Assembly: GCA_021828195.1 (NCBI GenBank)
Contig: JAKASQ010000002.1
Span: 91,920 to 155,919, forward strand
Direction of reading: 5' to 3'
DNA: 64,000 nucleotides
Source of the DNA: Thermoplasmata archaeon
GTDB taxonomy: Archaea > Thermoplasmatota > Thermoplasmata > Lutacidiplasmatales > UBA184
Made by a program: the position numbers and the translations under genes. This document shows positions 26,171-36,666 of this stretch, one piece after another. The notes beneath the pieces were generated by a model. That model saw only the letters and a list, made by a program, of their open reading frames with translations, was not told the DNA's origin and searched no databases. Each line of letters opens with the position of its first letter. Position 1 is the stretch's first letter.

Positions 26171-27574
26171 ATGCGCGTCCTGGTGGTCGGGGGCGGAGCC
26201 CGGGAGCACGCGATCGCCCGCACCCTATCCATTGCCGGGGCCGAGCTCGTCAACATCGCTCCCCACACGAACCCGGGGATCGCCCGACTCGCCCGCGTTA
26301 CCGCCCGCTCGGAGATCACGGATGCCGATACGGTAGTGGCATGCGCCGAGCGCCAGGAGATCGATTACGCGGTGATCGGCCCCGAGGCCGCGCTCGCCGC
26401 CGGGGTCGCGGACGCGTTGCGCGCCGCGGAGATTTCCGTCGTGGGGCCCTCCGCCTCGGGGGCCCGGATCGAGTCGTCGAAGTTGTTCTGCCGCGAGCTC
26501 CTCGCCCGCAACGGGGTCGGAGGCCAGCCGCGGTTCGAAGCCCCTCAGAGCCTCGACGAGATCGACGCCCTGGCGCAGCACTTCGGGGCCCCGTTCGTGA
26601 TCAAACCGAGCGGACTCACCGCCGGCAAGGGGGTCTGGGTCCAAGGGTCGGACTTCGTGCAGGTCAAGGAGGGCGCGGCCTACGCGAAGAGCCTCCTCGT
26701 GCAGGGCCAGCGGGTCCTCTTCGAGGAGAAGCTCGTCGGCGAGGAGTTCAGCCTCATGGCGTTCGTTACCGACTCCGGCATCTATCCGATGCCCGCCGTG
26801 CAGGACTTCAAGCGCGCCCTGGAAGGAGACAAGGGTGGCAACACCGGAGGGATGGGAGCCTACTCCCAACGCGACCACCTCCTACCGTTCCTCCCGGCCG
26901 CCGACCGCGACGCCGCCGTCGAGATCATCCGGCAGAGCGTTGCGGCGCTTCGCACGGAAGGGATCGAGTACCGAGGGATCCTCTACGGTGGGTTCATGCT
27001 CACGGCGCAGGGCCCGAAGCTGGTGGAGTTCAACGCTCGCTTCGGCGACCCGGAATCGATCAACGTCCTCTCGCTGTACGAGGAGGGGAACTTCGACGAG
27101 CTCATGTTCGGGGTCGCGAGCGGCCGCGTCGACCCCAACCTGGTGCGATTCCGCTTGCGGTCGACCGTCCTGAAGTACATCGTGCCCCCCGGGTACGGGG
27201 ACAAACCCCGAGCCGGTGGGATCGTGCGACTGGACGAGCCCGCGATCGAGGCGGAGGGAGTCCACGTGTACTTCGGGAGCGTGGAGGAGGTCGGCCCTTC
27301 GACCGTTCAGCTCGGTTCGGGACGGGGCATCGCGCTGGTCGGGGAGGCGAGCGCGATCCACGAAGCCGGAGCCCGGGTCGAGACCGCCCTCGCGCACGTC
27401 CAGGGCGAGTTCTACGTGCGCCACGACATCGGGACCAACGAGGACCTCGCGCGCCGACGCGAGCACATGCGCCAGATCCTCGCCCCGGGCGCGAAGCCGT
27501 CGCCCCTTCCCTTGAGCGTAGCTCCGGCCGCGGCTCCCGCTTCGAGCGCGGCGTCGCCGGACCGGTTCCCGTAG
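26171..27574 (+). CDS. purD: Phosphoribosylamine--glycine ligase
   Basis: VLVVGGGAREHA, IGPEAAL, LTAGKGV, QDFKRA, NTGGMGAYS, EFNARFGDPE. A TATAAC lies about 30 nt upstream. Confidence 0.95.
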   Translation: MRVLVVGGGAREHAIARTLSIAGAELVNIAPHTNPGIARLARVTARSEITDADTVVACAERQEIDYAVIGPEAALAAGVADALRAAEISVVGPSASGARIESSKLFCRELLARNGVGGQPRFEAPQSLDEIDALAQHFGAPFVIKPSGLTAGKGVWVQGSDFVQVKEGAAYAKSLLVQGQRVLFEEKLVGEEFSLMAFVTDSGIYPMPAVQDFKRALEGDKGGNTGGMGAYSQRDHLLPFLPAADRDAAVEIIRQSVAALRTEGIEYRGILYGGFMLTAQGPKLVEFNARFGDPESINVLSLYEEGNFDELMFGVASGRVDPNLVRFRLRSTVLKYIVPPGYGDKPRAGGIVRLDEPAIEAEGVHVYFGSVEEVGPSTVQLGSGRGIALVGEASAIHEAGARVETALAHVQGEFYVRHDIGTNEDLARRREHMRQILAPGAKPSPLPLSVAPAAAPASSAASPDRFP

Positions 27575-27627
27575 TTTCCCCGCGCGCGAAGGGTCAAATA
27601 CGGCCGGCTCCCTCGAATCGTCTCCCT

Positions 27628-27936
27628 ATGTTTTGTCCCAAGTGCAAGCGCTTGATGCGCCCGGACACCGCGGCCCACCGCTGGGTCTGCCCGGCGTGCG
27701 GAGCCACCGTCCCCCTTGGCTCGGGCAAAGAGGTGGGCCGCTCGACCCCGAAGGAGCGCGAGGTCTCGGTCGTGGAGACGAAGTCGGTGACGCTGCCGAC
27801 GACGAACGAGGTCTGCCCCAAGTGCGGCAACGACACCGCCTACTGGGTGCTCCGCCAAACCCGGGGAGCGGACGAGCCGGAGACCCGGATCTTCGAGTGC
27901 ACCGCGTGCGGCCACAAGTGGCGGGAGTATCAATGA
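27628..27936 (+). CDS. tfs: Transcription elongation/cleavage factor TFS (RpoM family)
   Basis: MFCPKCKRLM; C-terminal ribbon CPKCG...QTRGADEPETRIFECTACGHKWRE with the acidic DE hairpin. Confidence 0.93.
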   Translation: MFCPKCKRLMRPDTAAHRWVCPACGATVPLGSGKEVGRSTPKEREVSVVETKSVTLPTTNEVCPKCGNDTAYWVLRQTRGADEPETRIFECTACGHKWREYQ

Positions 27937-29237
27937 GCCCCACCGCGTTCTCCGCGATCGAGCATGCCTTCCGTCCGGAGGCGATCGGCGCCCCGATCGC
28001 CGTGCGAGGTTGGGTGCTCCGATCGCGATCCTCCGGCGGAATCCTGTTCATCACGCTTCGCGACCGGACCGGCGTCGTGCAGGTCACCGGACGCAAGGAT
28101 GCGCTCGGAGAGGTGCCGTTCACCGCCGCCGAGCATGTCCAGAACGAGGGAGCCATCGCCGTCGAGGGCACCGTCGCGGAGGACCGGCGAGCACTCGGAG
28201 GGCGGGAGATCCGCGCATCGCGGATCGTCGTGCTCGACGCCGGAGAGCCGTACCCAATCTTCCAAGAGCAGACCGAGGAGTTCCGGCTCGACAAGCGGCA
28301 CCTGGTCATCCGCTCGCAGGACCACGTCGCCACGTTCCGCGTGAAAGCCGAGCTCTTGAGAGCGTTCCGCGAGTTCATGGACCGCGAGGCGGTCCTCGAA
28401 GTGACGCCGCCGATCTTGAGCGGCAACGCCGCCGAAGGCGGCGCCGAGGCGTTCGAGATCGATTACTTCGGACGACCCGGATATCTCTCCCAGACCGCCC
28501 AGCTCTACCTCGAGGCGCTCCTCGTGCCCAACGAGCGTGTCTACGCGCTCACCCCGTCGTTCCGGGCCGAGAAGATGCGCACGCCGCGGCACCTGACCGA
28601 GTATCTCCACCTCGAGGGCGAGCTCGCATGGACGGATCTCGACGGACTGCTCTCGTTCATCGAACGGATGATCGAGTACGTCTGTCGCGCGATCGCCGAG
28701 CGACGACCGACCGAGCTTCGGCAGCTCGGACGGGCGCCGGAGGACCTCGCCGCCCTCCGCGCACCGTTCGAGCGGGTCCCGTACGCCGCTGCGATCGAGG
28801 AGCTGCAGAAGCAGGGATTCGCGATCGAGTGGGGCGGGGACTTCGGCACGGCCGAGGAGCGAGCGCTCACGATCGCGAGGACCGCGCCGATCTTCCTGAC
28901 CCGGTTCCCGCGCGAGCTCAAGGCGTTCTACATGCTGCGCACCCCCGGCGACCCGCGCACGGTGGAAGCCGCGGACCTACTCGCTCCCGAGGGTTACGGG
29001 GAGATCGTGGGCGCCTCCTGCCGCGAGACGAGCATCCCGAACCTGCTCGAGCGCCTCGCCCAGCTCGGCATCGATCCGGCCGCCTACGAGTGGTATCTCG
29101 ACCTGCGACGCCATGGAAACATCGAACACGCGGGCTTCGGCCTCGGCGTCGAGCGCGTGCTGCGCTGGCTGCTGCGTCGAGAGCACATCCGCGACACGAC
29201 GCCGTTTCCGCGGACACCCAGCCGGCACACTCCGTAG
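27933..29237 (+). CDS. asnS: Asparagine--tRNA ligase
   Basis: OB-fold RGWV, YLSQTAQLYLE, FRAE, APEGYGEIVG, WYLDLRRHG, GFGLGVER. ATGA overlap with tfs. Confidence 0.85.
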   Translation: MSPTAFSAIEHAFRPEAIGAPIAVRGWVLRSRSSGGILFITLRDRTGVVQVTGRKDALGEVPFTAAEHVQNEGAIAVEGTVAEDRRALGGREIRASRIVVLDAGEPYPIFQEQTEEFRLDKRHLVIRSQDHVATFRVKAELLRAFREFMDREAVLEVTPPILSGNAAEGGAEAFEIDYFGRPGYLSQTAQLYLEALLVPNERVYALTPSFRAEKMRTPRHLTEYLHLEGELAWTDLDGLLSFIERMIEYVCRAIAERRPTELRQLGRAPEDLAALRAPFERVPYAAAIEELQKQGFAIEWGGDFGTAEERALTIARTAPIFLTRFPRELKAFYMLRTPGDPRTVEAADLLAPEGYGEIVGASCRETSIPNLLERLAQLGIDPAAYEWYLDLRRHGNIEHAGFGLGVERVLRWLLRREHIRDTTPFPRTPSRHTP

Positions 29238-29324
29238 CCGGCCGGGCCGCCCGGAGACGGCAAAGGTTCAAGAACGGTCGCAGTAGTGCGTGCGACGTAC
29301 TGGCCGTCTCTCGGGGAGCACAGC

Positions 29325-29855
29325 GTGGCACTTCAACGGCAATCCGATCGTGAGGAATCGAACGCCAAGCCCGCCCCACCGGCGCCCGGGGATCTCCTTG
29401 TCGAGCGGATCACTCACCGCGACGTTCCCGAGGTCGCCGCGCTTCTCAAGAGGGTCTGGGACGCGCAGCGCCCGGAGCTCCCCCCCGAGCTCGTGAAGGA
29501 GTGGGAGCCGACCCCGCTCGAGTTCACGAGCCGGATGGAAGGAGTGACGTTCTTCGCCGCCCGGCGCGACGGACGGCTCATTGGGCTCATCGGCTGCGAG
29601 CTGGACGGCCGCAGCGCCCACTTCCACACGCTCGTTGTCGATCCGACCGCCCGTCGCCAAGGAGTGGGGAGCGCTCTAACGCGGGCCGGCATCGAGTGGG
29701 CCCGGCGCAATGGGTGCGGGTCGATATGGTTCGATCATCTCGCGCAGTTCACCGCGCTCCCCCCACTGCTCAAGCGCCTCGGATTCACCGAGGCCGGCGT
29801 TCTCCACCGTCACCTGTACAACGAGGACGTGCGGTACTTCGAGCAGATCCTCTAA
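29325..29855 (+). CDS. GNAT family N-acetyltransferase
   Basis: LVVDPTARRQGVGSAL, LKRLGF. Start is GTG 29325 or 29286. Confidence 0.85.
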   Translation: MALQRQSDREESNAKPAPPAPGDLLVERITHRDVPEVAALLKRVWDAQRPELPPELVKEWEPTPLEFTSRMEGVTFFAARRDGRLIGLIGCELDGRSAHFHTLVVDPTARRQGVGSALTRAGIEWARRNGCGSIWFDHLAQFTALPPLLKRLGFTEAGVLHRHLYNEDVRYFEQIL

Positions 29856-29926
29856 GCGCTGTCTCGCGGACTCCCGTCTCTCCGCATCGGGACGATCGAT
29901 GTTCCCCGGATCCGAACCCGGGGTCC

Positions 29927-30011
29927 TGCAGGGGGTGAGATTTGAACTCACGGACTCCTACGAGACTAGGACCTCAACCTAGCGCCTTTGACCAAGCTGG
30001 GCCACCCCTGC
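29927..30011 (-). tRNA. tRNA-Leu (GAG)
   Basis: GCAGGGG...CTAGG TTGAGGT CCTAG, long variable arm, GTGAG TTCAAAT CTCAC CCCCTGC A. Confidence 0.96.
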
Positions 30012-30163
30012 AGAGGGCCGGTCGCGCGACCGATGCGCCGAGGATAACGCTTTCGAAGGCGAAGCCCGAACACAAACGCGCCACGGTCGTACGGCGCCGA
30101 ACGATCGTGCGCGCCCCGCCTCCGAAGAGAAACGTCTATAATCGGAAGATCGTGGAGCCGACC

Positions 30164-30520
30164 ATGACTCCTCGCGGGGATGACGACCGCGCCGAGATCG
30201 CCTATCGGGAGACACCCACGGGTCACCCGATCGTCTTCATCGGTCCGAAGCCGACGATGACGTACGTCTTCCAGCTCGTCGCACAACTTCACTCCGGTGC
30301 CGGACCGGTGTTTGTGAAGGCGCGCGGGAACGCGATCGGGAAGGCGGTCGACGTGGTCGAGGTCGTCCGGCGCCGCCTCCTGCAAGGTCAAGTGACGGTG
30401 GGCCCGATCTCGATCGATACCGAACGGCTGACGAACCGCGACGGCCGGGACGCGAACGTCTCCTCGATCACGATCTCGGTGGCACGGACGGCATCGGCGC
30501 CGCCGGTGTCGCCAAAGTAG
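30164..30520 (+). CDS. albA: Chromatin protein Alba
   Basis: VFIGPKPTMTYV, VKARGNAIGKAVDVVE, NVSSITI. TCTATAAT about 28 nt upstream. Confidence 0.93.
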   Translation: MTPRGDDDRAEIAYRETPTGHPIVFIGPKPTMTYVFQLVAQLHSGAGPVFVKARGNAIGKAVDVVEVVRRRLLQGQVTVGPISIDTERLTNRDGRDANVSSITISVARTASAPPVSPK

Positions 30521-32294
30521 GGCGCGCGGCGCGGATCACCCAGGTTCCCGCCCAGCGATCGCCGATCCGCTGCCGCTCGGAGCTCAGCACCATCACCAGG
30601 ATCGCGAACGCGCCGAAGAGGACCGTCGCGGTGAGAGCGATCCCGAGGAAGTACAGGAAGGCGAGGAGATTGGTGAGGTTCCCGAAGACGACCGCGTTCG
30701 CTGCGCCGACGCCCCCGTGGGCGAGGATCGCGATCGCGGCGGAGAGCCCGAGCCCGATCGCGCTGTAGGTGGCGAGGCGCGGGGTGGCGCGCACGAACGC
30801 GGCCAGCCAGCGCGGCCGACGGAAGTTCCGGTCGCGCACCTCGAGCCCGAGCATCCATTTCCCGAGGGTCGTGCCGAACGCGGTTTCCGAGATCGCGACG
30901 TAGAGGAACGCGACGGCGATGTAGCCGTAGGCCGCCGCGACGAACGAGACCGCCGAGAGCACGCCCACGAGCGAGCCGCCGATGCTGGCCGCGAGGAACC
31001 ACCACACGGCCACCGCCGGGGCGGTGACGAGGGCGAGATCGATGGCGTAGGCCGCGATGCGCGCACGGATCGACGCGAGGCGTGGAGTCCACAGTGATCG
31101 CCCGACCCCGACGAGCATCCGTGCTGCCAGCCATGCGCGCATGGCCTCGGGCGGATCGGCCGGAGCCGTGACGGCCAGCGCATCCAAGTTCGCCTGGTCG
31201 GCGACCACCCATCCCGGCGCCCCGAGCCCGCTCCACGGGTGGGCCCGATCGGGAGTCTCGGGAAGTTCGAGGACGCGATGGGCTTGCGCGGCGGCGTCGT
31301 GGGCGGCGACGCTCGCCGCCCGGATCGAATCGGCCGGCCGGCCGTCGTACTGTTCCTGCAGCGAGCGGGCCAAGCGATGGGTGGGAGAGGCGGGCGGGAC
31401 CGAGCCCGCATCGTCCGGGACGGGGATCCCGCTCCGTTCGAGGAGGTGGTGGGCGGCGTAGGCCGCGGCGAGCGCGAGGAGGCCGGACAGGTAGAGGAGA
31501 TCGAGAATGTCGGCGCCTCCGATGACGTAGAGGTTCATCGATCCCGGTCCGTAGAGAGGCGGTTGACGGAGCACGTCGGCCCCCACGAGCACGCCGAACG
31601 TCGTGGCGGAGTAGGCCATGGGCAGCGCGAGCGCTTCGCGTCCTGCGAACAGCGGCCGGGCGATCAGGACCGCGACGAACCCCGCGAGCACGGGGGTGAT
31701 TACGTAGATCGGGAACTGTTCTTCGATGCCGGCACCCGGCACCGTGTACGAGGCGAGAAAGGTGAGCACGGTCACTCCCGAGGTCAACGCCACGAGGCTG
31801 GCCGCCCGCCGTCCTACGTACGACGGGGCATCGCCGAGAAGCCGGGGCGCGAGGGCGAACGCCGCGAGGGAGAAGGCGGCCGCAATCGCAGTGACGGCGA
31901 TATCTTGGGTCGCCGCGTTCGAGAGGTACACGACGGCGGCGAGAGCGAGGGCGCTCTCCACGCTGAACCAGACGCCGAAGAACGCGAGCGAACGACGCAG
32001 CGGGGGAGCGATGCGCGCGAAGAGGGCGCACGAGACCACGAGGGGAAAGAGTCCCCCCCCGAGATTGATCGCCAAGAGGTCCGGGCCGATCCGGGTGAAC
32101 GTCAATTCCGCGACGTAGGCGAGGAGGCTGGCGGGTACCAGCAGCCAGAAGGTCAGCTTCCCAAAGCCCACGCTCTCGGCGAGGGGCCCCCGTTCCCAGG
32201 CGAAGAGCGCCAGGAACAACCACAGGAGCGGGGTAAGGGCGAAGGCGAGGATCGTGCCCGTGACATCGAGCCCCAGTTGCAGTGGATCGAGCAC
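30468..32294 (-). CDS. Membrane protein, DUF1614-like domain fused to an RDD domain
   Basis: AINLGGGLFP, AYSATTFGVLVGAD, YVIGGA (DUF1614-like); RARIAAYAID, GTTLGKWMLGLEV, QRIGDRWAGTWVI (RDD). Confidence 0.75.
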   Translation of the reverse strand: MLDPLQLGLDVTGTILAFALTPLLWLFLALFAWERGPLAESVGFGKLTFWLLVPASLLAYVAELTFTRIGPDLLAINLGGGLFPLVVSCALFARIAPPLRRSLAFFGVWFSVESALALAAVVYLSNAATQDIAVTAIAAAFSLAAFALAPRLLGDAPSYVGRRAASLVALTSGVTVLTFLASYTVPGAGIEEQFPIYVITPVLAGFVAVLIARPLFAGREALALPMAYSATTFGVLVGADVLRQPPLYGPGSMNLYVIGGADILDLLYLSGLLALAAAYAAHHLLERSGIPVPDDAGSVPPASPTHRLARSLQEQYDGRPADSIRAASVAAHDAAAQAHRVLELPETPDRAHPWSGLGAPGWVVADQANLDALAVTAPADPPEAMRAWLAARMLVGVGRSLWTPRLASIRARIAAYAIDLALVTAPAVAVWWFLAASIGGSLVGVLSAVSFVAAAYGYIAVAFLYVAISETAFGTTLGKWMLGLEVRDRNFRRPRWLAAFVRATPRLATYSAIGLGLSAAIAILAHGGVGAANAVVFGNLTNLLAFLYFLGIALTATVLFGAFAILVMVLSSERQRIGDRWAGTWVIRAARPTLATPAAPMPSVPPRS

Positions 32295-32396
32295 GGTGTA
32301 GGTCTCGCCCGCCCTCGGAGCCTCGGCGCCGGGGCGTGTCCCACGAGCGGCGAGGAACGTAAAGGGTTATTCCGCCCGGGGACGTGGATTCGGGCG

Positions 32397-33797
32397 ATGG
32401 TCGCCCAACGCACCGAGAAGGACTCCCTCGGGGAGCGCGAGGTTCCGGCGGACGTGTACTGGGGGATCCAGACCCTGCGAGGTCGGGAGAACTACCCCGT
32501 CAGCGGGTTGCGCGCGAGCCCCCACCTCGTCCGGGCCTACGCGTTGCTCAAGCTCGCCGCCATCCACGCCAACGTCGAATTGAAGGGCCTGGACGAGCGG
32601 CGTGGCAAGGCACTCGCGCAGGCGGCCCAAGAGATGGCGGAAGGGCGATTCGATCACGAGTTCCCGATCGACGTGTTCCAGGCGGGTGCCGGCGTCTCCT
32701 TCCACATGAACGTCAACGAGGTACTGACGAACCGGGCCCTCGAGATCCTGGGCCTGGCTCGCGGAGACTACCGGGACGTCAGCCCGAACGATCACGTCAA
32801 TCGTGGACAGTCGACGAACGATACCTTCCCCTCGGCGGCCCAGGTCGCGGTCCTCCTCGCGTTGCGCGAGCTCCGACCGGCCGTGGTCTCCCTCGCGGTG
32901 AGCCTCGAGCGCAAGGCGCAGGAGTTTCGCACGTTCGCGAAGGCCGGCCGCACCCACTTGAAGGACGCGATGCCCGTGACCCTCGGGGCGGAGTTCCGGG
33001 CCTACGCCATGGCGCTCGAGCGCGTGCTCGAGGCGCTCCCCACGGTGGAGCGGGCGCTCAGCGAGATCCCGCTCGGTGGGAGTGCGGTCGGCACAGGGGT
33101 CAACTCGATCGCCGGGTTCCGCTCCAGGGCCGTGGCGGAATACGCGTCGCTCACGGGGCTCACCCTCGTTCCCGGACGCGACGCGTTCGAGACGATGCAG
33201 AGCCGCTACGCGCTCGGGCTCGCGTCCGCTTGGCTGCGCACGCTCGCCCTCGAACTGATCCGGATCGCGAACGACCTCCGGCTCTTGGCGAGCGGACCGT
33301 ACACGGGGCTCGACGAGATCCGGGTCCCGGAGATCCAGCCCGGGTCGTCGATCATGCCGGGAAAGGTCAACCCTTCGGCCGCCGAGTGCCTGAACATGGT
33401 TGCGTTCCATGTGGTCGGTGCGGACGCCGCGACCGCGCTCGCGGTCCAGGCCGGACAGCTCGAGATCAACGTGATGATGCCGCTGGCGGCGTTCGAGGTC
33501 CTCTTCTCCGCCGAGATCCTCACGAACTACCTGCCCGTCTTCGCGCGTACGTGCATCGACGGGCTGATCGCGAACGGACCCCAGCTCGAGGCCTACCTGC
33601 TCGAGTCCGGTGCGATCGCGACCGTCCTCACGCCGAAGCTCGGCTACCTGAAGGTCGCCGAGCTCGTGCACGAGTCCCAATCCACGGGGAAGTCCGTCAA
33701 GGAGCTCCTGCTCGAGCGCCGACTCCTCACCGCGGCCGAGATCGAGGAGCTCCTGGGCGCGGCCGCGCTCCTGAAGCTCACCGAACCGGTGCCGTAG
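32397..33797 (+). CDS. Class II fumarase / aspartate ammonia-lyase family lyase
   Basis: EKDSLGE, YWGIQT, STNDTFP, GRTHLKDA, GSSIMPGKVNP. Fumarase and aspartase cannot be told apart by eye. Confidence 0.9.
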   Translation: MVAQRTEKDSLGEREVPADVYWGIQTLRGRENYPVSGLRASPHLVRAYALLKLAAIHANVELKGLDERRGKALAQAAQEMAEGRFDHEFPIDVFQAGAGVSFHMNVNEVLTNRALEILGLARGDYRDVSPNDHVNRGQSTNDTFPSAAQVAVLLALRELRPAVVSLAVSLERKAQEFRTFAKAGRTHLKDAMPVTLGAEFRAYAMALERVLEALPTVERALSEIPLGGSAVGTGVNSIAGFRSRAVAEYASLTGLTLVPGRDAFETMQSRYALGLASAWLRTLALELIRIANDLRLLASGPYTGLDEIRVPEIQPGSSIMPGKVNPSAAECLNMVAFHVVGADAATALAVQAGQLEINVMMPLAAFEVLFSAEILTNYLPVFARTCIDGLIANGPQLEAYLLESGAIATVLTPKLGYLKVAELVHESQSTGKSVKELLLERRLLTAAEIEELLGAAALLKLTEPVP

Positions 33798-33848
33798 GCC
33801 CCGAACGCGCATCGTTAAGTGGCGTCGGTCTCCTCGGCATCGGGGATC

Positions 33849-34607
33849 ATGACGACGCTCGAACGGGTCCCGGTCTCGCTCGGGAACCCTGCATCCGAGG
33901 AGTTCCGACACGCGGTCGAGATCCTCGGAAAGGTCGGGCTAACCCAGTACGAGGCCCGCGCGTACGTGGCGCTCGTGGCGAGGGGCCTCGGAGACGCGGC
34001 GACCATCGCGCAAGCCTCGGGGATCCCCCGCACTTCGGCCTACAAGGTCCTCGAATCGCTCACCGAGAAGAGCTACGCCAAACCCACGGGAGGCAAGCCG
34101 ATCCTCTTTCGACCCACGCCGCCCCAGGACGTGGCCGAGACGCTGAAGGGCGCGATCCAGGAAGTCTTCGAGCAGCTCGCGGAGCTGCACCGTGCGGTCG
34201 CCGAGCACGGCGAGCCCCAGCTCGTCTATCTGCTCAGCGGCCGCGATAAGGTCCTCGGCAAGATTGCCGAGCTCCTGGACCAATCCTCCGCGACGTTCAT
34301 CCTCACGACCCCGCAGATCTCCGACCTGCGCGATGAGCTCGGGAAGAAGATCCTCCACGCGGTCAAGCGAGGCGTACAGGTGACGTTCGTCACCGCTCCC
34401 CTGCAGCGCGTCCCGGAGGGGATTCAGTACGTCACGCGGGACAATCTCCTGGCGACCGAGGTCCTCGCGGACGGTCAGCACGCCCTCCTCGCGGCTCCGG
34501 GGCTAGATGCCTGCGGGTTCACGGACAACCCGATCCTCACGGCGCACCTCCAGCAATTCCTCGAGGTCGTGCTCGACCGGGGCCCGGGCGGAGCCCCCGC
34601 GCCGTAG
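33849..34607 (+). CDS. TrmB family transcriptional regulator
   Basis: GLTQYEARAYVAL, SGIPRTSAYKVLESL. GTTAAGT about 30 nt upstream of ATG 33849. Confidence 0.88.
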   Translation: MTTLERVPVSLGNPASEEFRHAVEILGKVGLTQYEARAYVALVARGLGDAATIAQASGIPRTSAYKVLESLTEKSYAKPTGGKPILFRPTPPQDVAETLKGAIQEVFEQLAELHRAVAEHGEPQLVYLLSGRDKVLGKIAELLDQSSATFILTTPQISDLRDELGKKILHAVKRGVQVTFVTAPLQRVPEGIQYVTRDNLLATEVLADGQHALLAAPGLDACGFTDNPILTAHLQQFLEVVLDRGPGGAPAP

Positions 34608-34619
34608 CCGTACGCCCCC

Positions 34620-35513
34620 ATGTCGGACGGCGGTGCCGTGGGTGTTGGAACGAGCCGAGGCCCCACGACGCCGCCGGCCGAACGTGTGCGCCGTCGCGTG
34701 GCCGCTTCGGCCGGGGCCGAGATCGCGGCCCGTCTTCCTCTCGGCTACCACCGGATGGGCCGGGTGCTTCTGCTTCGGCTCTCCAAGGAGTTGCGGCCGG
34801 AATTCCCGCAGATCGGAGAGGCGTGGCGGCAGGAGCTCGGTGTGGCGACCGTCCTGACGCAGGTCGGACCGGTCGAAGGCGAGCTTCGTCATCCACGGAT
34901 CGAGGTCATCGCCGGGACCGAGACGGACACCGAGGTCATCGAGCACGGGATCCGGTACCGCTTCGATGCCGCGCGGATCCTGTTCGCGACCGGGAACCGG
35001 GCCGAGCGCCAGCGCGCCGGTCGGTTGACCCGGCCGGGGGAGACGGTCGTTGATCTGTTCGCCGGGATTGGGTACTTTGCGCTTCCGGCAGCGCTTCGGG
35101 GAGATGCGTCCGTGGTCTATGCAGCGGAGAAGAATCCCGTGGCCCACGGCTACCTCCAGCAGAATGCCGAGCTCAACGGAGTCGCGGAGCGCGTGCGCCC
35201 CCTGCTGGGCGACAACCGCGAACTCACGATCCCTCCCGGGGAGGCGGATCGGATCTTCCTGGGCTACCTTCCGAGCGCGACGGCGTGGATCCCCCGCGCG
35301 CTTGAGCTGGGGCGACGCTCGGGGGTCTGGTTGCATGTCCATCGAGTCGCGGACGTACGGGGCGGAACCGATGCGTCGTCTGAGCTCGTCCGAACGACGA
35401 TCGAATCCTGCGGAGCCTCGATCCTCGCGGCGCCCGAGGCCCGGGTCGTCAAGCCATACGGACCGGGACGGAACCACGTGGTCGTCGACGTGCGCGCGCG
35501 CCCGCGAGACTAG
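34620..35513 (+). CDS. Trm5/Taw2 (TYW2)-family SAM-dependent tRNA wyosine-pathway transferase
   Basis: GELRHP, EHGIRYRFD, GNRAER, VVDLFAGIGYF, EKNP, DRIFLGY. Confidence 0.85.
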   Translation: MSDGGAVGVGTSRGPTTPPAERVRRRVAASAGAEIAARLPLGYHRMGRVLLLRLSKELRPEFPQIGEAWRQELGVATVLTQVGPVEGELRHPRIEVIAGTETDTEVIEHGIRYRFDAARILFATGNRAERQRAGRLTRPGETVVDLFAGIGYFALPAALRGDASVVYAAEKNPVAHGYLQQNAELNGVAERVRPLLGDNRELTIPPGEADRIFLGYLPSATAWIPRALELGRRSGVWLHVHRVADVRGGTDASSELVRTTIESCGASILAAPEARVVKPYGPGRNHVVVDVRARPRD

Positions 35514-36637
35514 CCCGCGGCGCGCGGACCCGCCGGTCGAAGCGCGGTGACGGCCCGAGGGAACGCCTCGACGAACCGGTCGATATCGGACGTGGGGTTG
35601 GAGAAGGAGACGCGCACGAACCGCGCCCCGAACTCGTGCGAGAGATAGTTGCCCGCCCGCACGAAGACACCGTGGCGCACGAGCAGCTCCTTTTGCAGAC
35701 GCTCCGGCGACACCCCCGTCTCGTGGATGTCGATCGCGAACATGTTCGCGAGGCTGGGGAACACGGGTAAAGTCGCCCCGGGGACCTGGAGGACCGCATC
35801 GCGGACCCGTTCTCCGTTCGCGCGGGTCTGGCGACGCACCTGGGCGATCCACTGCGGTCGGGACTTCATCGCGGCCTTCGCCGCGACCTGGGCGAGCACA
35901 TTCAGCCCGAGATCGTTCGTGTTGAACCGGACGATCTGCTTCTCGAGCTCGGGGTTCGCCACGAACCCACCGATGCGCATTCCGGCGAGCCCGCAGTTCT
36001 TCGACACGGACCACACGACGATCGTATCGTGGGGGGCAAACTCGGTCGCCAGCGCGTGATGCTCGGAGAAGTCGCGGTAGGTCACATCGTTGAGCAGGAT
36101 CAAGTGCCGGTCGTGAGCGATCTCGGCGATCGCGCGGACCTCCTCCCGAGGGTATCCGGATCCGAGCGGGTTCAGCGGATCGATCAGCAGGATCATCTTC
36201 GTCTTCGGACCGATCGCCTCTTGGATCCGCTCGCTCGTGAGCCGGTACGGCGGCCGATAGATCGGCAGGTTCCGGACCTTCGCTCCCGTCAGCTCGGCGA
36301 AGCGATGGATGATGAAGTAACTCGGATCGGAGGCGAGCATTTCGTCCCCGGGTCCGAGCAGGGCACGGGTCAGCATGTACAGCGCTTCGGTCCCGCCTCC
36401 CGTGAGGAACGGGGGGAACTCCGTAGGAGTCCCGAGGCCGTGGCGGAGGAGCTCGATGAGTTCCGGGTCGCCCGAAGCGAGGGGATACATCGGGTACCGG
36501 CGGTCCTTCACCGCCTCGATCAGGGCCGGTTCGATGGCCTCACGGGGGACGAGGTGGTTGGTATTCTGGCACATCCACGCGATCTCGTGGTAACGCTCGT
36601 GGGCGTAGCGGAACGCATCGAACGGGACCTCGGGCAT
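35510..36637 (-). CDS. Class I/II PLP-dependent aminotransferase
   Basis: GGTEAL, DPLNPLGS, NDVTY, SVSKNCGLAGMRIG, VRVS. Start MPEVP at 36637. Confidence 0.88.
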   Translation of the reverse strand: MPEVPFDAFRYAHERYHEIAWMCQNTNHLVPREAIEPALIEAVKDRRYPMYPLASGDPELIELLRHGLGTPTEFPPFLTGGGTEALYMLTRALLGPGDEMLASDPSYFIIHRFAELTGAKVRNLPIYRPPYRLTSERIQEAIGPKTKMILLIDPLNPLGSGYPREEVRAIAEIAHDRHLILLNDVTYRDFSEHHALATEFAPHDTIVVWSVSKNCGLAGMRIGGFVANPELEKQIVRFNTNDLGLNVLAQVAAKAAMKSRPQWIAQVRRQTRANGERVRDAVLQVPGATLPVFPSLANMFAIDIHETGVSPERLQKELLVRHGVFVRAGNYLSHEFGARFVRVSFSNPTSDIDRFVEAFPRAVTALRPAGPRAAG

Positions 36638-36666
36638 TGTCGCATCCGCCCGGGGCGGGAGCGGAC

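Noticed and set aside
31239-32396. Long N-terminal extension of the fumarase/aspartase ORF
   Set aside because: It is the shadow of the opposite-strand DUF1614-RDD gene; the conserved start is MVAQRTEKDSLGE at 32397.
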